A program made the translations under genes and the position numbers. Positions 24,104 to 33,978 of a stretch of 64,000 nt of DNA are shown here, piece after piece (the stretch's first letter is position 1; each line of letters starts with the position of its first letter). The stretch spans positions 1,364,001-1,428,000 of the forward strand of contig OZ287086.1 in the NCBI GenBank assembly GCA_965645245.1, read 5' to 3'. The notes beneath the pieces were generated by a model, which was not told the origin of the DNA, did no database searches, and saw nothing but the letters and a program-made list of their open reading frames with translations. The stretch comes from Massalongia carnosa (lineage: Eukaryota).

Positions 24104-27100
24104 TGTCACGATAATATAATATAGCATGCTTTCGTACTCTAACACTTGCTTATCTCCGTGATAAGCCCGGCTTATGATAGGAGCAGGTCCAGATTGGGAC
24201 TAGTCTAGATTAGCTGTATATAGACGAGCTTGCTCGCACATCTCAATGGACATCCTTTTACACACCCTTATTATGATGATTACCTTTACAAATGGTAGCA
24301 CTGTCTCGCAGTACCATTGATTACTGTATAGATCACCAGGAGGAGTCCTCCACCAGAAGTAGCACTTCAACCAGTCTTCCTGCCAAAGCTCACCTCGGTT
24401 GAATTCACCGTGGCGAGGCCCAACCTGGCTTCCCAATTCTCCTCTGTTTCCCCTCCACAAGGTTCACCTCCACCTCTTTCAGAAGACCTTATTCTGTTAG
24501 CCTATCAATTCTTTCATTACCGTAAGGAATACGGCTTTAGCTCGGACATCCTTCCCATTGAACGAACCATTCAGTATATAGTCCACAGCTACAGAAGTCC
24601 GGAGGAATCTCATCAGGCCTTGCCCTCCGATCAGGTCGTGCTAGATCTCAGGTCCCCGCTAACTACCCGTTTCGTTGGAAGTCAGACTCTGCGGCCCTTC
24701 GAAGGGTAGTTCTAAACTTTTCTGACCGAACAAGGAGTTTCCGAGAGACACCTCAGTTGCTACACTACCTCGACCTTGACCTTTCTCCTTCCGTAGGTGG
24801 CACCCCGGTCAGAGCCAATACACCAGTGGAGGAACCTACCCCGGAAATCCGAGATCATCTACTTGGTCTTCTCACTGCCCCAAACACAAGACAGACCTCG
24901 GCCGACGTGGAGTTCGGAAGACCAGAAAGTTCCAGAAGTCATATCAATCAGCCCGCCGTTATCATGGATAACGCTGCCCTCCAAGCTATGATAGCCGCTG
25001 CCGTAGCAGATTACTACCGGCAAAACCCACCAGTGCGTGGACCGCCTGGTCCACCTGGTCCCCAAGGCCCCCAGCCAGAGGTCGATGGACCTGCACCAGG
25101 GCAACCAAGGTGGAATGCAGCAGACGTAGGTTTCTTTGACCCTATGTACGATGATAAGTCTTCCAATACTGGAAGTTCCATTGAGCATGTTGGAAAAGAC
25201 ACATACTTTAGAGATGTTCATCTATTCATAGAAAGGGTAAAAGATATTTCCGCCATCAAGGGTGACCAGTTGATCAGAGAAAACCTGTTCACATGCCTTA
25301 GAGGCGTAGCTCTACAATGGTACACAGCCGAGCTATCTGACGAAGCTAAGCTTTTGGTAAGATATGGTCCTGGGGTTGATCATTGGACAACCCAGCTTCA
25401 CAAGCGGTTCAAAGAGGCACCCAACGTCGCCATGGCGGCTGTAATCAAAGGTAAGTACACTATGGAAGATGCTCGTCAACATCGAGAGCCCAGAGAGTAC
25501 GCTGCCACCATGCTTCGTGCAGCTAAATCGGCCGAACTTGGCTCCACCGCTAATCACATCTTCCTCATCTACAACGGCTTGGATGTGGAATTCCAGAGAG
25601 ATCTTCCATTACCTAACGTAGCCACTGATCTAGATATTTTCCTTCGCTCCCTAGATGATCATAAACACATCTGGTGGCAACTAGCCTCTCGCCAGCAGAA
25701 GACGCCTGGATTCTCCAAACCTGATCGTACTTACGACATCAGGCCTAACAACCGAATCAACAAGTCAGCTAGTAAGTTCAACATCGGTCAACAAAGGCCT
25801 TTCTTTAGTAGTTCATCAGAAAGTTGGAACTACCAGCCCCGATCCGCCAACTGGCAGAATAGTCCCTCCTACAAACAATGGAATGGTCCTAACAATCAAC
25901 AGCAGTTCCAGCAAGGTCCTGCCTTACAAGTCACCGGTCGAACCCCTCTCGCCATAACGGCTACACCCAACGCGTCAAACGCATCAGCTTCCTCATCAAA
26001 ACCAGACCGTCCTGCACAGGGATATCCAAGGTCAAACTACCGCAATCAAAGAGGAGGAAACAAACAAAATCAAGGTGGCTATAGGAGGGCGTATCAGGCT
26101 TCAGTTGAAGACGACGAAGATCTGCAGGAGAGCCCCGGAACATCCTCAGTCGAGCCAGAGGACATGCCGGTAAATTTCGCTGGGTATGATGAGCATGGGA
26201 ACGAGATGTTCTATGCAGAGCAGGATGCACCAGAGGAATCCGAGGACTTCGCTTGGTTTGTCGGCATAGACTCTTCCTGCACCAACTGTCAGGAATCCTT
26301 TCCATCGAAGAACAAACTACACAAACACCTACGGTCTGGATGTTCCAGGACATCGCCTGCCTCAAAAACCTTTGAAAAATTTGCAAATTTCACTTCTAAC
26401 AAACTGTCAGTTGACAAAGAGAATGAACACGGATCGAACGTCTATGCTACTTCCGTAGCAGACACCACTACCACTACTCCTATCATAGTCACATCCAAGG
26501 CTTCTACAGAAAACCTCGGTTTTGAACTAGGCTTTCGTAACTGGAACTTCATCGAGGGAGCGGTAAAGTTTACCCCGGAAGGTCCATCCACCGATTGCTG
26601 TCTGGACACTGGTTGTGGTTCCACTTTGGGAGATCGAGAGTGGATTAGCAGAGACATTCCTAACGCTAAGGTTCATCTTATGGCAAATCCGCTAAGAGTT
26701 CGAGCTATTGGTTCCAATACGCATGAAACAAAGGAGTACATTTTGGTTCCATTCTACATGCCGGCCTCAAAGGCGTTCGATGGAACGTCGGTTCTGGCCT
26801 GTATCACCCGTGAAATCCACATAGTGGATGGTCTCAAGGCCAATATGCTGATCGGAAACGACGTACTTGGACCAGAAGAATTTGTTATTGATATAAACAA
26901 GAAAAATGCTTACATCGGTAGCTGTGATGTAAACATCAGCCTTCAGGTCAGACCTCGTGGAACGTTCATCAGAAAGACCGTTCGCACAAAGTCCGCTGTT
27001 ACCGTCACCCCAGGTGCTGAGTTAAAAGTCCCTGTCAACATGATCTTACCAGCAGACAGAGACTTTCTTTTTAAACCTACCGATAAAGCAAATGTAACTT

Positions 27101-30100
27101 TGTACTATCACCTCGTAGATGCACTTACCCCAGAAATCGTAGTCCGAAACGACTCGCCTATACCAGTGGAACTTCCAAGAAAATTCCGCCTCGGACAGGT
27201 CTCCGAGGTCCACTATAACGAATGTTTTCACATAGCTGACAAAGACCTTGCCACCAAACCACCAAAGGCAAGTTGGTTCAAAAAAGCATTTAAAGCAGCA
27301 GCATTTCTGACTGCTGTTACTATGGATCTACCTACTCCAAGTCTTTCATCATTTCCCCCAGAAAATTCCATTAAGGTAGCTACCACAGCATCTTGCAACA
27401 AGTATGAGACCAAGCTAGCCAACGGTGTCATGACCTATGGCGACACGATAGCCACCAGGGCCTATTCAGACCTGGTAGACGAGTTTCCCTCACTATGGAA
27501 GGACGAAGGCTTCATTGATGTTCCTATAAACCAGTGGATGAAGCTACCCCTTCGCGAGGATTGGCAGTCGAAGGTCTCTGGAAAATCCAAGGTCTATCCC
27601 CTGGGAATAGAAGACAGGGAAATAGTAGATAAAACCTTTGACGAAATGCATCGACAAGGACGATTAATATGGACCAATACGCATACTCCATTCAGCTACC
27701 CTGTTTTTGTCGTTTGGAAGAAAATCGGTGACGTCCGGAAAGGCCGTGCCGTCGTAGACATCAGAGGCCTGAATGATCTTCTGGTTCCTGATGCCTACCC
27801 GGTCCATCTACAAAGTGATGTCATAGCAGACCTTCGTGGATGTACTCACATTTCTGTCCTAGACGCGAATTCTTTCTTCTATCAATGGCGCGTTCATCCG
27901 GAAGACACATATAAACAAACAATAGTCACTCACCGAGGCCAGGAGACCTTTTTGGTACCAGTGATGGGCAATCGCAACTCCATTGCTTATGTTCAAAGAC
28001 AAATGGACACCATTCTTCGGGACTTCCGTGACTTTGTCAAAGCTTACATAGATGACGTGGTAGTAAGATCAACGTCCCTAGATGAGCATTTAATGCATCT
28101 TCGGAAAATCTTCTCCTTATTCGTGAAGCTTGGAATATCCATCAAGCCCACCAAGGCTTTTTTAGGCTATTCAGACGTTGATCTTCTCGGGCAGAGGGTA
28201 AACTCCCTCGGCATGTCCACCTCCGAGGAGAAACTTCGTGCCATATCTCTGTTGAAGTTCCCCAAGGCACTGATAGACTTAGAACATTACCTCGGCCTTA
28301 CCGGCTATCTACGTTCTTTCATCTACTACTATGCAGGCATAGCCCGCCCTCTACAAGACCTAAAAACGCACCTTCTAAGGGCATCTCCGAAAGGAGGTCA
28401 ACAACGACGAAATTATACGTCTCGTACTAAGATAATCCCTACCGAAAAAGAGACTTCAGCGTTTATAACCCTTCAGAAGCTGCTTAGCAAACCCTCCATC
28501 CTCATTCATTTTAGTCCACACCGCATTCTCTGGATAGACCTAGACGCCTCCAAAGATTTTGGGTATGGTGTTATAGTCTTCCATGTCAAAGTCGGTGTTA
28601 TAGTACCAATCGGAAAATGGCCTTCAAGAAATCAAATAGAACCCATCATGTTCCTTAGCCGTCTCCTTACGGCGGCTGAAATGAACTACTGGCCTACTGA
28701 ACTAGAGATGGCAGGTCTAGTATGGACCATCAAAAAAGTCAGACACCTTGTCCAATCATCGGAGCATCCAACGATCGTTCAGACAGATCACTCCGCTATA
28801 ATCGAAATCAGTAAGCAAAAGCTAATAACGGCCACTACATCGACCATGAGAATGAACGTCCGATTGATCAGAGCTTCTCAGTTTCTGAGTCAATTCCGAC
28901 TCGACATCAGGCATAAACCAGGCAAAGAGCACATCATTCCTGATGCTCTTTCCCGACTAGCCAGCGCCAACGTGAGGCCTATCTTAGCCGATGATCACTC
29001 GGAGTTGGATGTCTTATACGTCTATAACACTACGGTCGTAGAAATGAGCAATGACTTCAGAAAACGTCTCATCGCCGGTTATTCTACAGATAAATTATGG
29101 ATCAATATAATCCAAATGATAGACACTAACGATAAACTCGACGAGGGCGCCGCTAAAATTCCTTTTGCCCGGGGAAACACTATGGAAATTCCAGTCAATC
29201 CAGCTGAGATGAACTCAACTGAAAAATCAACTCAGGACATTTTGCCAATTGGCAAAACAGACAAGGATCTCATCTATCACATAGATAGATTCTCAGGTAT
29301 CAGACGTCTCTGTATACCAGCCAGTTGTGTCAAAGACATATTTGCTATAGCGCATGGAAATGGTCATCCTGGATTTGCCAGGTGCTATGAGATATTTACT
29401 CGTTCATGGTACGTCAGGAACCTGGTACGGACATTACGAGAGTACATACGACACTGTCCAGAATGTCTAGTACTTCAGACCAGAAGACATAAACCCTGGG
29501 GAAGTCTTCAGCCCATCGACAGCCCACCGGTTCCATTTCATACTATTACTTTGGATTTTATCCTAGCAATTCCCATCACTAAGGAAGCATGGGACTCGAT
29601 AATGTCTGTAACGGATAAATTTACCAAGCAAATAACCATGATTCCTGGAAAGTCCACGTTCGGTGCAGTAAATTGGGCAGACCTTCTCTACGAACGTCTT
29701 TCTCTTATGAACTGGGGTCTGCCCAAGGTGATTATTACCGATCGGGATCCAAAGTTCCTATCTGAGCTATGGAAGGCGATCTTTCATAGACTGGGTACTT
29801 CCCTACTCTATTCCACAGCTTATCATCCTCAGACGGATGGAAGTTCGGAACGAACGAATCAAACGGCGGAAATTGCCTTACGTTTTCACATAAGCACCCT
29901 GGAGGCTCCAACTGACTGGCCAAAAGTCCTAGTTTCTATTCAGTCATCTCTGAACAACTCTTCATCTTCCACCACCGGAAAGACTCCTAATGAGCTAGCA
30001 TTTGGATTTACTCCAAACACGGCCCTGGATCTTCTCAGGGATGATGCCGAAATACAAATATCCGCAGTTAGAAATCAAGCTAGGGACGCTATCTCCTTTG

Positions 30101-31130
30101 CCAGTATGAATTATAAACGGCACTATGACCGCTTACATCAACCTTTGTTCATGAAGGAGGGAGAATGGGCCCTGCTCAAGCTTCATAAGGGATATTCCAT
30201 CCCCTCGACCACTGGAGTAACCAAGAAGCTCACTCAACAGTACGTAGGGCCTTTCAAGGTCTTACAGAAGGTCGGCCGCTTGGCTTACCGCCTTGACGTC
30301 CCTCCCCACTGGAAGGTTCATCCTGTCTTCTCGGTAGCACAGCTAGAGCCCTGTCCGCCACCAGCGACGGACCCGTTTGACCGTCCCAGGCCTGATCATC
30401 CACCCACCGTCTTCGTGGAAGGAGACACGGACTACCTCAAGTCTTACGAGATAGAAAGGATATTAAATAAACGTGTCGTCCGGAAAGGCCGCGGACAGTC
30501 CATACAGTACTTGGTAAAATGGAAGGGCTACGGACCCGAGTTCGATCAATGGTATAGCATCAAGGATCTTGACAATGCCAAGGAATTTGTCTATGACTAC
30601 GAAAAGAGCATAGGGTCCACACTGTCCATTGGCAGTCCACCTGCGTCAACACCCTCCAGTACTGCGGTAGTTACCAAGGAAACACCTGCTATCACAGCAC
30701 CAGCTGGTGAGGCAGTACAAATGTCAAAGGTGGCTCCCGCTGAAACGTCCACGATTGGTCCTACAAAGGTTACACCTACTCCACAATCCGCCTCACTAAC
30801 ACCTACTACGGGAGCTATGGTACCCGCTACAAAAGCAGTCGTGCCGGTAAAGAGGGGTCGTGGAAGACCCAGGAAAGATGGCAGAGTTAGTAAGTAATAA
30901 TATTGCTACGGGGTCGTAGCAGCTTTATTTGCTCGGGGGAAGTTGTCACGATAATATAATATAGCAAGCTTTCGTACTCTAACACTTGCTTATCTCCGTG
31001 ATAAGCCCGGCTTATGATAGGAGCAGGTCCAGATTGGGACTAGTCTAGATTAGCTGTATATAGACGAGCTTGCTCGCACATCTCAATGGACATCCTTTTA
31101 CACACCCTTATTATGATGATTACCTTTACA
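24104..31130 (+). mobile_element. Intact Ty3/Gypsy chromovirus-like element (Gypsy-2)
   Basis: 187-bp LTRs 24104-24290 and 30944-31130 with one visible mismatch, TTTTC TSD, PBS TGGTAGCA, PPT GGGGGAAG. Confidence 0.97.
24757..30897 (+). CDS. Single-ORF Gag-Pol polyprotein (C2H2 finger, PR, dUTPase-like region, RT, RH, IN, chromodomain, AT-hook); first ATG at 24964
   Basis: CTNCQESFPSKNKLHKH, CLDTGC, YIDD, DLDAS, HPQTDGSSE, GPF, YEIERIL...YLVKWKGY, KRGRGRPRK; no stops over 2046 codons. Confidence 0.95.
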   Translation: MLHYLDLDLSPSVGGTPVRANTPVEEPTPEIRDHLLGLLTAPNTRQTSADVEFGRPESSRSHINQPAVIMDNAALQAMIAAAVADYYRQNPPVRGPPGPPGPQGPQPEVDGPAPGQPRWNAADVGFFDPMYDDKSSNTGSSIEHVGKDTYFRDVHLFIERVKDISAIKGDQLIRENLFTCLRGVALQWYTAELSDEAKLLVRYGPGVDHWTTQLHKRFKEAPNVAMAAVIKGKYTMEDARQHREPREYAATMLRAAKSAELGSTANHIFLIYNGLDVEFQRDLPLPNVATDLDIFLRSLDDHKHIWWQLASRQQKTPGFSKPDRTYDIRPNNRINKSASKFNIGQQRPFFSSSSESWNYQPRSANWQNSPSYKQWNGPNNQQQFQQGPALQVTGRTPLAITATPNASNASASSSKPDRPAQGYPRSNYRNQRGGNKQNQGGYRRAYQASVEDDEDLQESPGTSSVEPEDMPVNFAGYDEHGNEMFYAEQDAPEESEDFAWFVGIDSSCTNCQESFPSKNKLHKHLRSGCSRTSPASKTFEKFANFTSNKLSVDKENEHGSNVYATSVADTTTTTPIIVTSKASTENLGFELGFRNWNFIEGAVKFTPEGPSTDCCLDTGCGSTLGDREWISRDIPNAKVHLMANPLRVRAIGSNTHETKEYILVPFYMPASKAFDGTSVLACITREIHIVDGLKANMLIGNDVLGPEEFVIDINKKNAYIGSCDVNISLQVRPRGTFIRKTVRTKSAVTVTPGAELKVPVNMILPADRDFLFKPTDKANVTLYYHLVDALTPEIVVRNDSPIPVELPRKFRLGQVSEVHYNECFHIADKDLATKPPKASWFKKAFKAAAFLTAVTMDLPTPSLSSFPPENSIKVATTASCNKYETKLANGVMTYGDTIATRAYSDLVDEFPSLWKDEGFIDVPINQWMKLPLREDWQSKVSGKSKVYPLGIEDREIVDKTFDEMHRQGRLIWTNTHTPFSYPVFVVWKKIGDVRKGRAVVDIRGLNDLLVPDAYPVHLQSDVIADLRGCTHISVLDANSFFYQWRVHPEDTYKQTIVTHRGQETFLVPVMGNRNSIAYVQRQMDTILRDFRDFVKAYIDDVVVRSTSLDEHLMHLRKIFSLFVKLGISIKPTKAFLGYSDVDLLGQRVNSLGMSTSEEKLRAISLLKFPKALIDLEHYLGLTGYLRSFIYYYAGIARPLQDLKTHLLRASPKGGQQRRNYTSRTKIIPTEKETSAFITLQKLLSKPSILIHFSPHRILWIDLDASKDFGYGVIVFHVKVGVIVPIGKWPSRNQIEPIMFLSRLLTAAEMNYWPTELEMAGLVWTIKKVRHLVQSSEHPTIVQTDHSAIIEISKQKLITATTSTMRMNVRLIRASQFLSQFRLDIRHKPGKEHIIPDALSRLASANVRPILADDHSELDVLYVYNTTVVEMSNDFRKRLIAGYSTDKLWINIIQMIDTNDKLDEGAAKIPFARGNTMEIPVNPAEMNSTEKSTQDILPIGKTDKDLIYHIDRFSGIRRLCIPASCVKDIFAIAHGNGHPGFARCYEIFTRSWYVRNLVRTLREYIRHCPECLVLQTRRHKPWGSLQPIDSPPVPFHTITLDFILAIPITKEAWDSIMSVTDKFTKQITMIPGKSTFGAVNWADLLYERLSLMNWGLPKVIITDRDPKFLSELWKAIFHRLGTSLLYSTAYHPQTDGSSERTNQTAEIALRFHISTLEAPTDWPKVLVSIQSSLNNSSSSTTGKTPNELAFGFTPNTALDLLRDDAEIQISAVRNQARDAISFASMNYKRHYDRLHQPLFMKEGEWALLKLHKGYSIPSTTGVTKKLTQQYVGPFKVLQKVGRLAYRLDVPPHWKVHPVFSVAQLEPCPPPATDPFDRPRPDHPPTVFVEGDTDYLKSYEIERILNKRVVRKGRGQSIQYLVKWKGYGPEFDQWYSIKDLDNAKEFVYDYEKSIGSTLSIGSPPASTPSSTAVVTKETPAITAPAGEAVQMSKVAPAETSTIGPTKVTPTPQSASLTPTTGAMVPATKAVVPVKRGRGRPRKDGRVSK

Positions 31131-31220
31131 TTTTCCCTATCTCCCCCGATATAACAAAAATCCCGCTATAACGAAATTATTTTGGTAAAACGCCACCATC
31201 GTTATGGCGGGGTTCGACTG

Positions 31221-31721
31221 TACTTAGTCCGTAGACCAAGCTCTATTCTACTATAAGTGGGACTCCTGTTATGTTCGCTGTTGGTCCTGCCGTCCGCACC
31301 ACGCTTGGTCGAACCGTTATACTACCGCCCGTCTAGCTGCGACTAGCCCCTAGCTGCTTCCAGTTATAGTTAGCCCCGAAGAATGGGCTCTTCTTAGCGT
31401 ACGGCCCTCGCCGATCCGACTTAGAGAGTTTTCATCCAACGCTTTCCCGTTTTGTCCTAGCTTCAGTCCGTCGAAGCAAGGCAAAAAAGCGAGGAACTTA
31501 GGTCAGGAATCGAACTCACGATTAGTACCCCAATTGGTGACTAAGTATTCAGTGACGAAGCGAGATAGTGAATAGATTTCTACCATTGCGCTACCTGTCC
31601 TTCCCGACCAAAAGGCACGATACTTAGTCCGCAGACCAAGTTCTATTCTACTATAACTGGGACTCCTGCTATGTTCGTTGTAGATCCTACCGTCCGCACC
31701 ACGCTTGGTCGAACCGTTACA
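31221..31721 (-). mobile_element. TRIM-like mini LTR element (Gypsy-type, self-priming), 3' LTR cut by the pogo insertion
   Basis: LTR 31551-31721, 230-bp internal region with PBS-position GAATACTTAGTC and PPT-like GGGCGGTAGT, partial LTR 31221-31320; an inverted LTR piece follows at 31722-31765. Confidence 0.7.
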
Positions 31722-31789
31722 GGTGGCGCAATAGTAGAAATCTATTCACTATCTCGCTTCGTCACAACTATAAGATACTTTCGTTTGAC

Positions 31790-32300
31790 CCTTCTGACGG
31801 ATCAGCTTCTTGAAAACACTACATTAACGATATGTTATTCGATTATCTGAACAAATTGTTCACGACTTATCTGAACGATTTTTGAATTTATTGCAAGTGT
31901 GACGAAGCGAGACAGTTAATAGATTTCTACAATTGCGCCACCTGTCCTCCCGACCAAAAGGCACAATACTTAGTCCGCAGACCAAGCTCTATTCTACTAT
32001 AACTGGGACTCCTGCTATGTTCGCTGTAGGTCCTGCCGTCCGCACCACGCTTGGTCGCACCGTAACAGCAAGACTTTAAAGAAATATCAAAAACACGATC
32101 GAATTTTTGTAATTAAACTTCTAAAAGCGGAATTGCAAGCAGACGCTAACAAATGCGAATTTCATGTAATTGAAATCAAATACTTGAGATTGATCATTAA
32201 CGTTGATAATATTCGCATGAATTCAATTAAAGTCAAGATTATTCAAGAATAAAAAATCACAATTTTCTTACGCGATATCAGATCGTTCATTAATATTTGC
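31790..32300 (+). pseudogene. Heavily mutated Gypsy RT fragment (RIP-like)
   Basis: TTYLNDF, LQADANKCEFHVIEIKYLRLII, IQE*, DIRSFI; AT-rich; split by a solo LTR. Confidence 0.75.
31898..32067 (-). mobile_element. 170-bp solo LTR, same family as 31551-31721
   Basis: TG...CA ends with perfect GCAAG TSD. Confidence 0.92.
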
Positions 32301-32925
32301 AGTCTAGTTCGTCTATGGCGGGAGCTAGTGCGGGACCGATGCTATTCGGCTACCAGCGGTTCTCCACGCATGACGGGGATAACAGGTGATGCAAATCCGG
32401 ATCTCTTCGGTTTTGCACGGTTATCAGCCAGGAGCTGGTTCGGATAACGACGGGGGATCGGATAGGGAAGGATGGATGACAGGGGGGAGATGGAGGCTAT
32501 ATAGAGGGCCAAAGCAGTCCTACATCTCCTTATCATCTCGGATTCGGAGGTAGCACTGCATAGTAATTTTTGACCCGCCCACCCTCTCCAGGTCTCAGCC
32601 GCAGAGGTAGAGGGAGTATCCACCGCGATCTGCACCAAGGCCCGAAAGGTGTCAAATTATAGGATAACTAGTCCTAAACATCAGTGGTAACTCAGGATGA
32701 TATATCCGAAGGGTTATTCCGGCCCGACTAGACACGTGGCCTCCCCCCTTAGATAGATTCCCACTTTTCCACATCCTCCACAATATAATCAACATCTACC
32801 CAATTCCCTGATTATGCCTTTTGACCCTTATATATTTGACAGTTATGAGCCCGGATAGTCGTAAAGACACCGCAAATCGTCAAGAGCATTAGATTCTTAA
32901 ATTCAACGAGACAGCAATCGCGAAA

Positions 32926-33978
32926 ATGGCAGCAGAATCCAAAACGATGAGGACAATCCTCGAGACATCAGAGGATTAGGAGACCTGGTATGATGAATTG
33001 AAAACGATATCAGCTAATGAGTTTTGGAATATGGCAGATCCAGACCAACCTACTGTTCTTCCTGCGGCAGCTCCCTACAAGCCGGTAGTAGCAGACATAG
33101 TACAAGGAGAGACACTATACACAAACCTCTCAGCCGCAAATCAGCGAATGTTCGATAATGCAAGAAAACATTACGAGTCGGATCAGAAAGACTATATAAG
33201 ACAAGAAACCTCGTTGACGACGATAAGAAAACACATAGTAGAAACAGTTCCGATCACAAACCGAACGAGCCTGAAAGCGAGTATGTCAGTAAAGGAGTGT
33301 CTCATTATCTTACGAAACCTTATGGCACCTCCGACGGGACATTCCATGGCGTTGGCGAAGGAGAAATATGATAAGTTGCTTAGGATGAAGGCGAAACCGC
33401 TAGACTGGTTGGATAAGTGGGAGAAGGTAGTAGCCAAGGCCCGACAACACGATTTGTCGGAGTTCAAGCACGGAATATGGCTTGGAAATATGTCGTCGTG
33501 GATGAAACCACACGCACCAGAACTATCCTATGCACTTCGATCCAGAGGCAACGACGCCGCAAGAAATGACATATCGCAATATCCAGAAGTCCTACGAGAA
33601 ATCCGAGAATACTTGAGAGATGGAGTGAAGCAGACGGTCCGGGGAGCCGCGTGCCAGACGTTAGTGGACGACGAAGACGAAGATGGCCTACTAGAAGAAT
33701 TAGCCAATACAGCCACTAAGAGAAAGAGGGCAAATACAACTGGACAATCTCACCGTGGAGGGAAAAGGCACGATAAGATATGCCCTGCGTGTGAAAGACC
33801 AGGCCATGATCTCGAGAACTGTTGGTTTATATTCCCAGAAGGGAAACCAGATGACTACACTCTAGGGAAAAGGAAAACTAAAGAGGTAAACAATAGAGTG
33901 GATAAGGACAGGAAGTTAAAAAAAGAAGTCGAAAGGATAAGGAAGGATAAAAAGAAGGTTGAGGAGATTCCACCATAG
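32926..33978 (+). pseudogene. gag: Copia-B gag (early in-frame TAG at 32977)
   Basis: ATG at 32926 in frame with ORF 32998-33978; zinc knuckle CPACERPGHDLENC. Confidence 0.85.

Larger units (their letters stand above)
21350..31220 (+). mobile_element. Degenerate pogo/Tigger-like transposon (5' truncated) hosting two solo LTRs and Gypsy-2
   Basis: SNSWLDRF, HGESGS, YNIDETG, LLMDKFSAH, HPLDQ remnants with GT-AG introns; right TIR ...CGTTATGGCGGGGTTCGACTG followed by TA. Confidence 0.8.
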
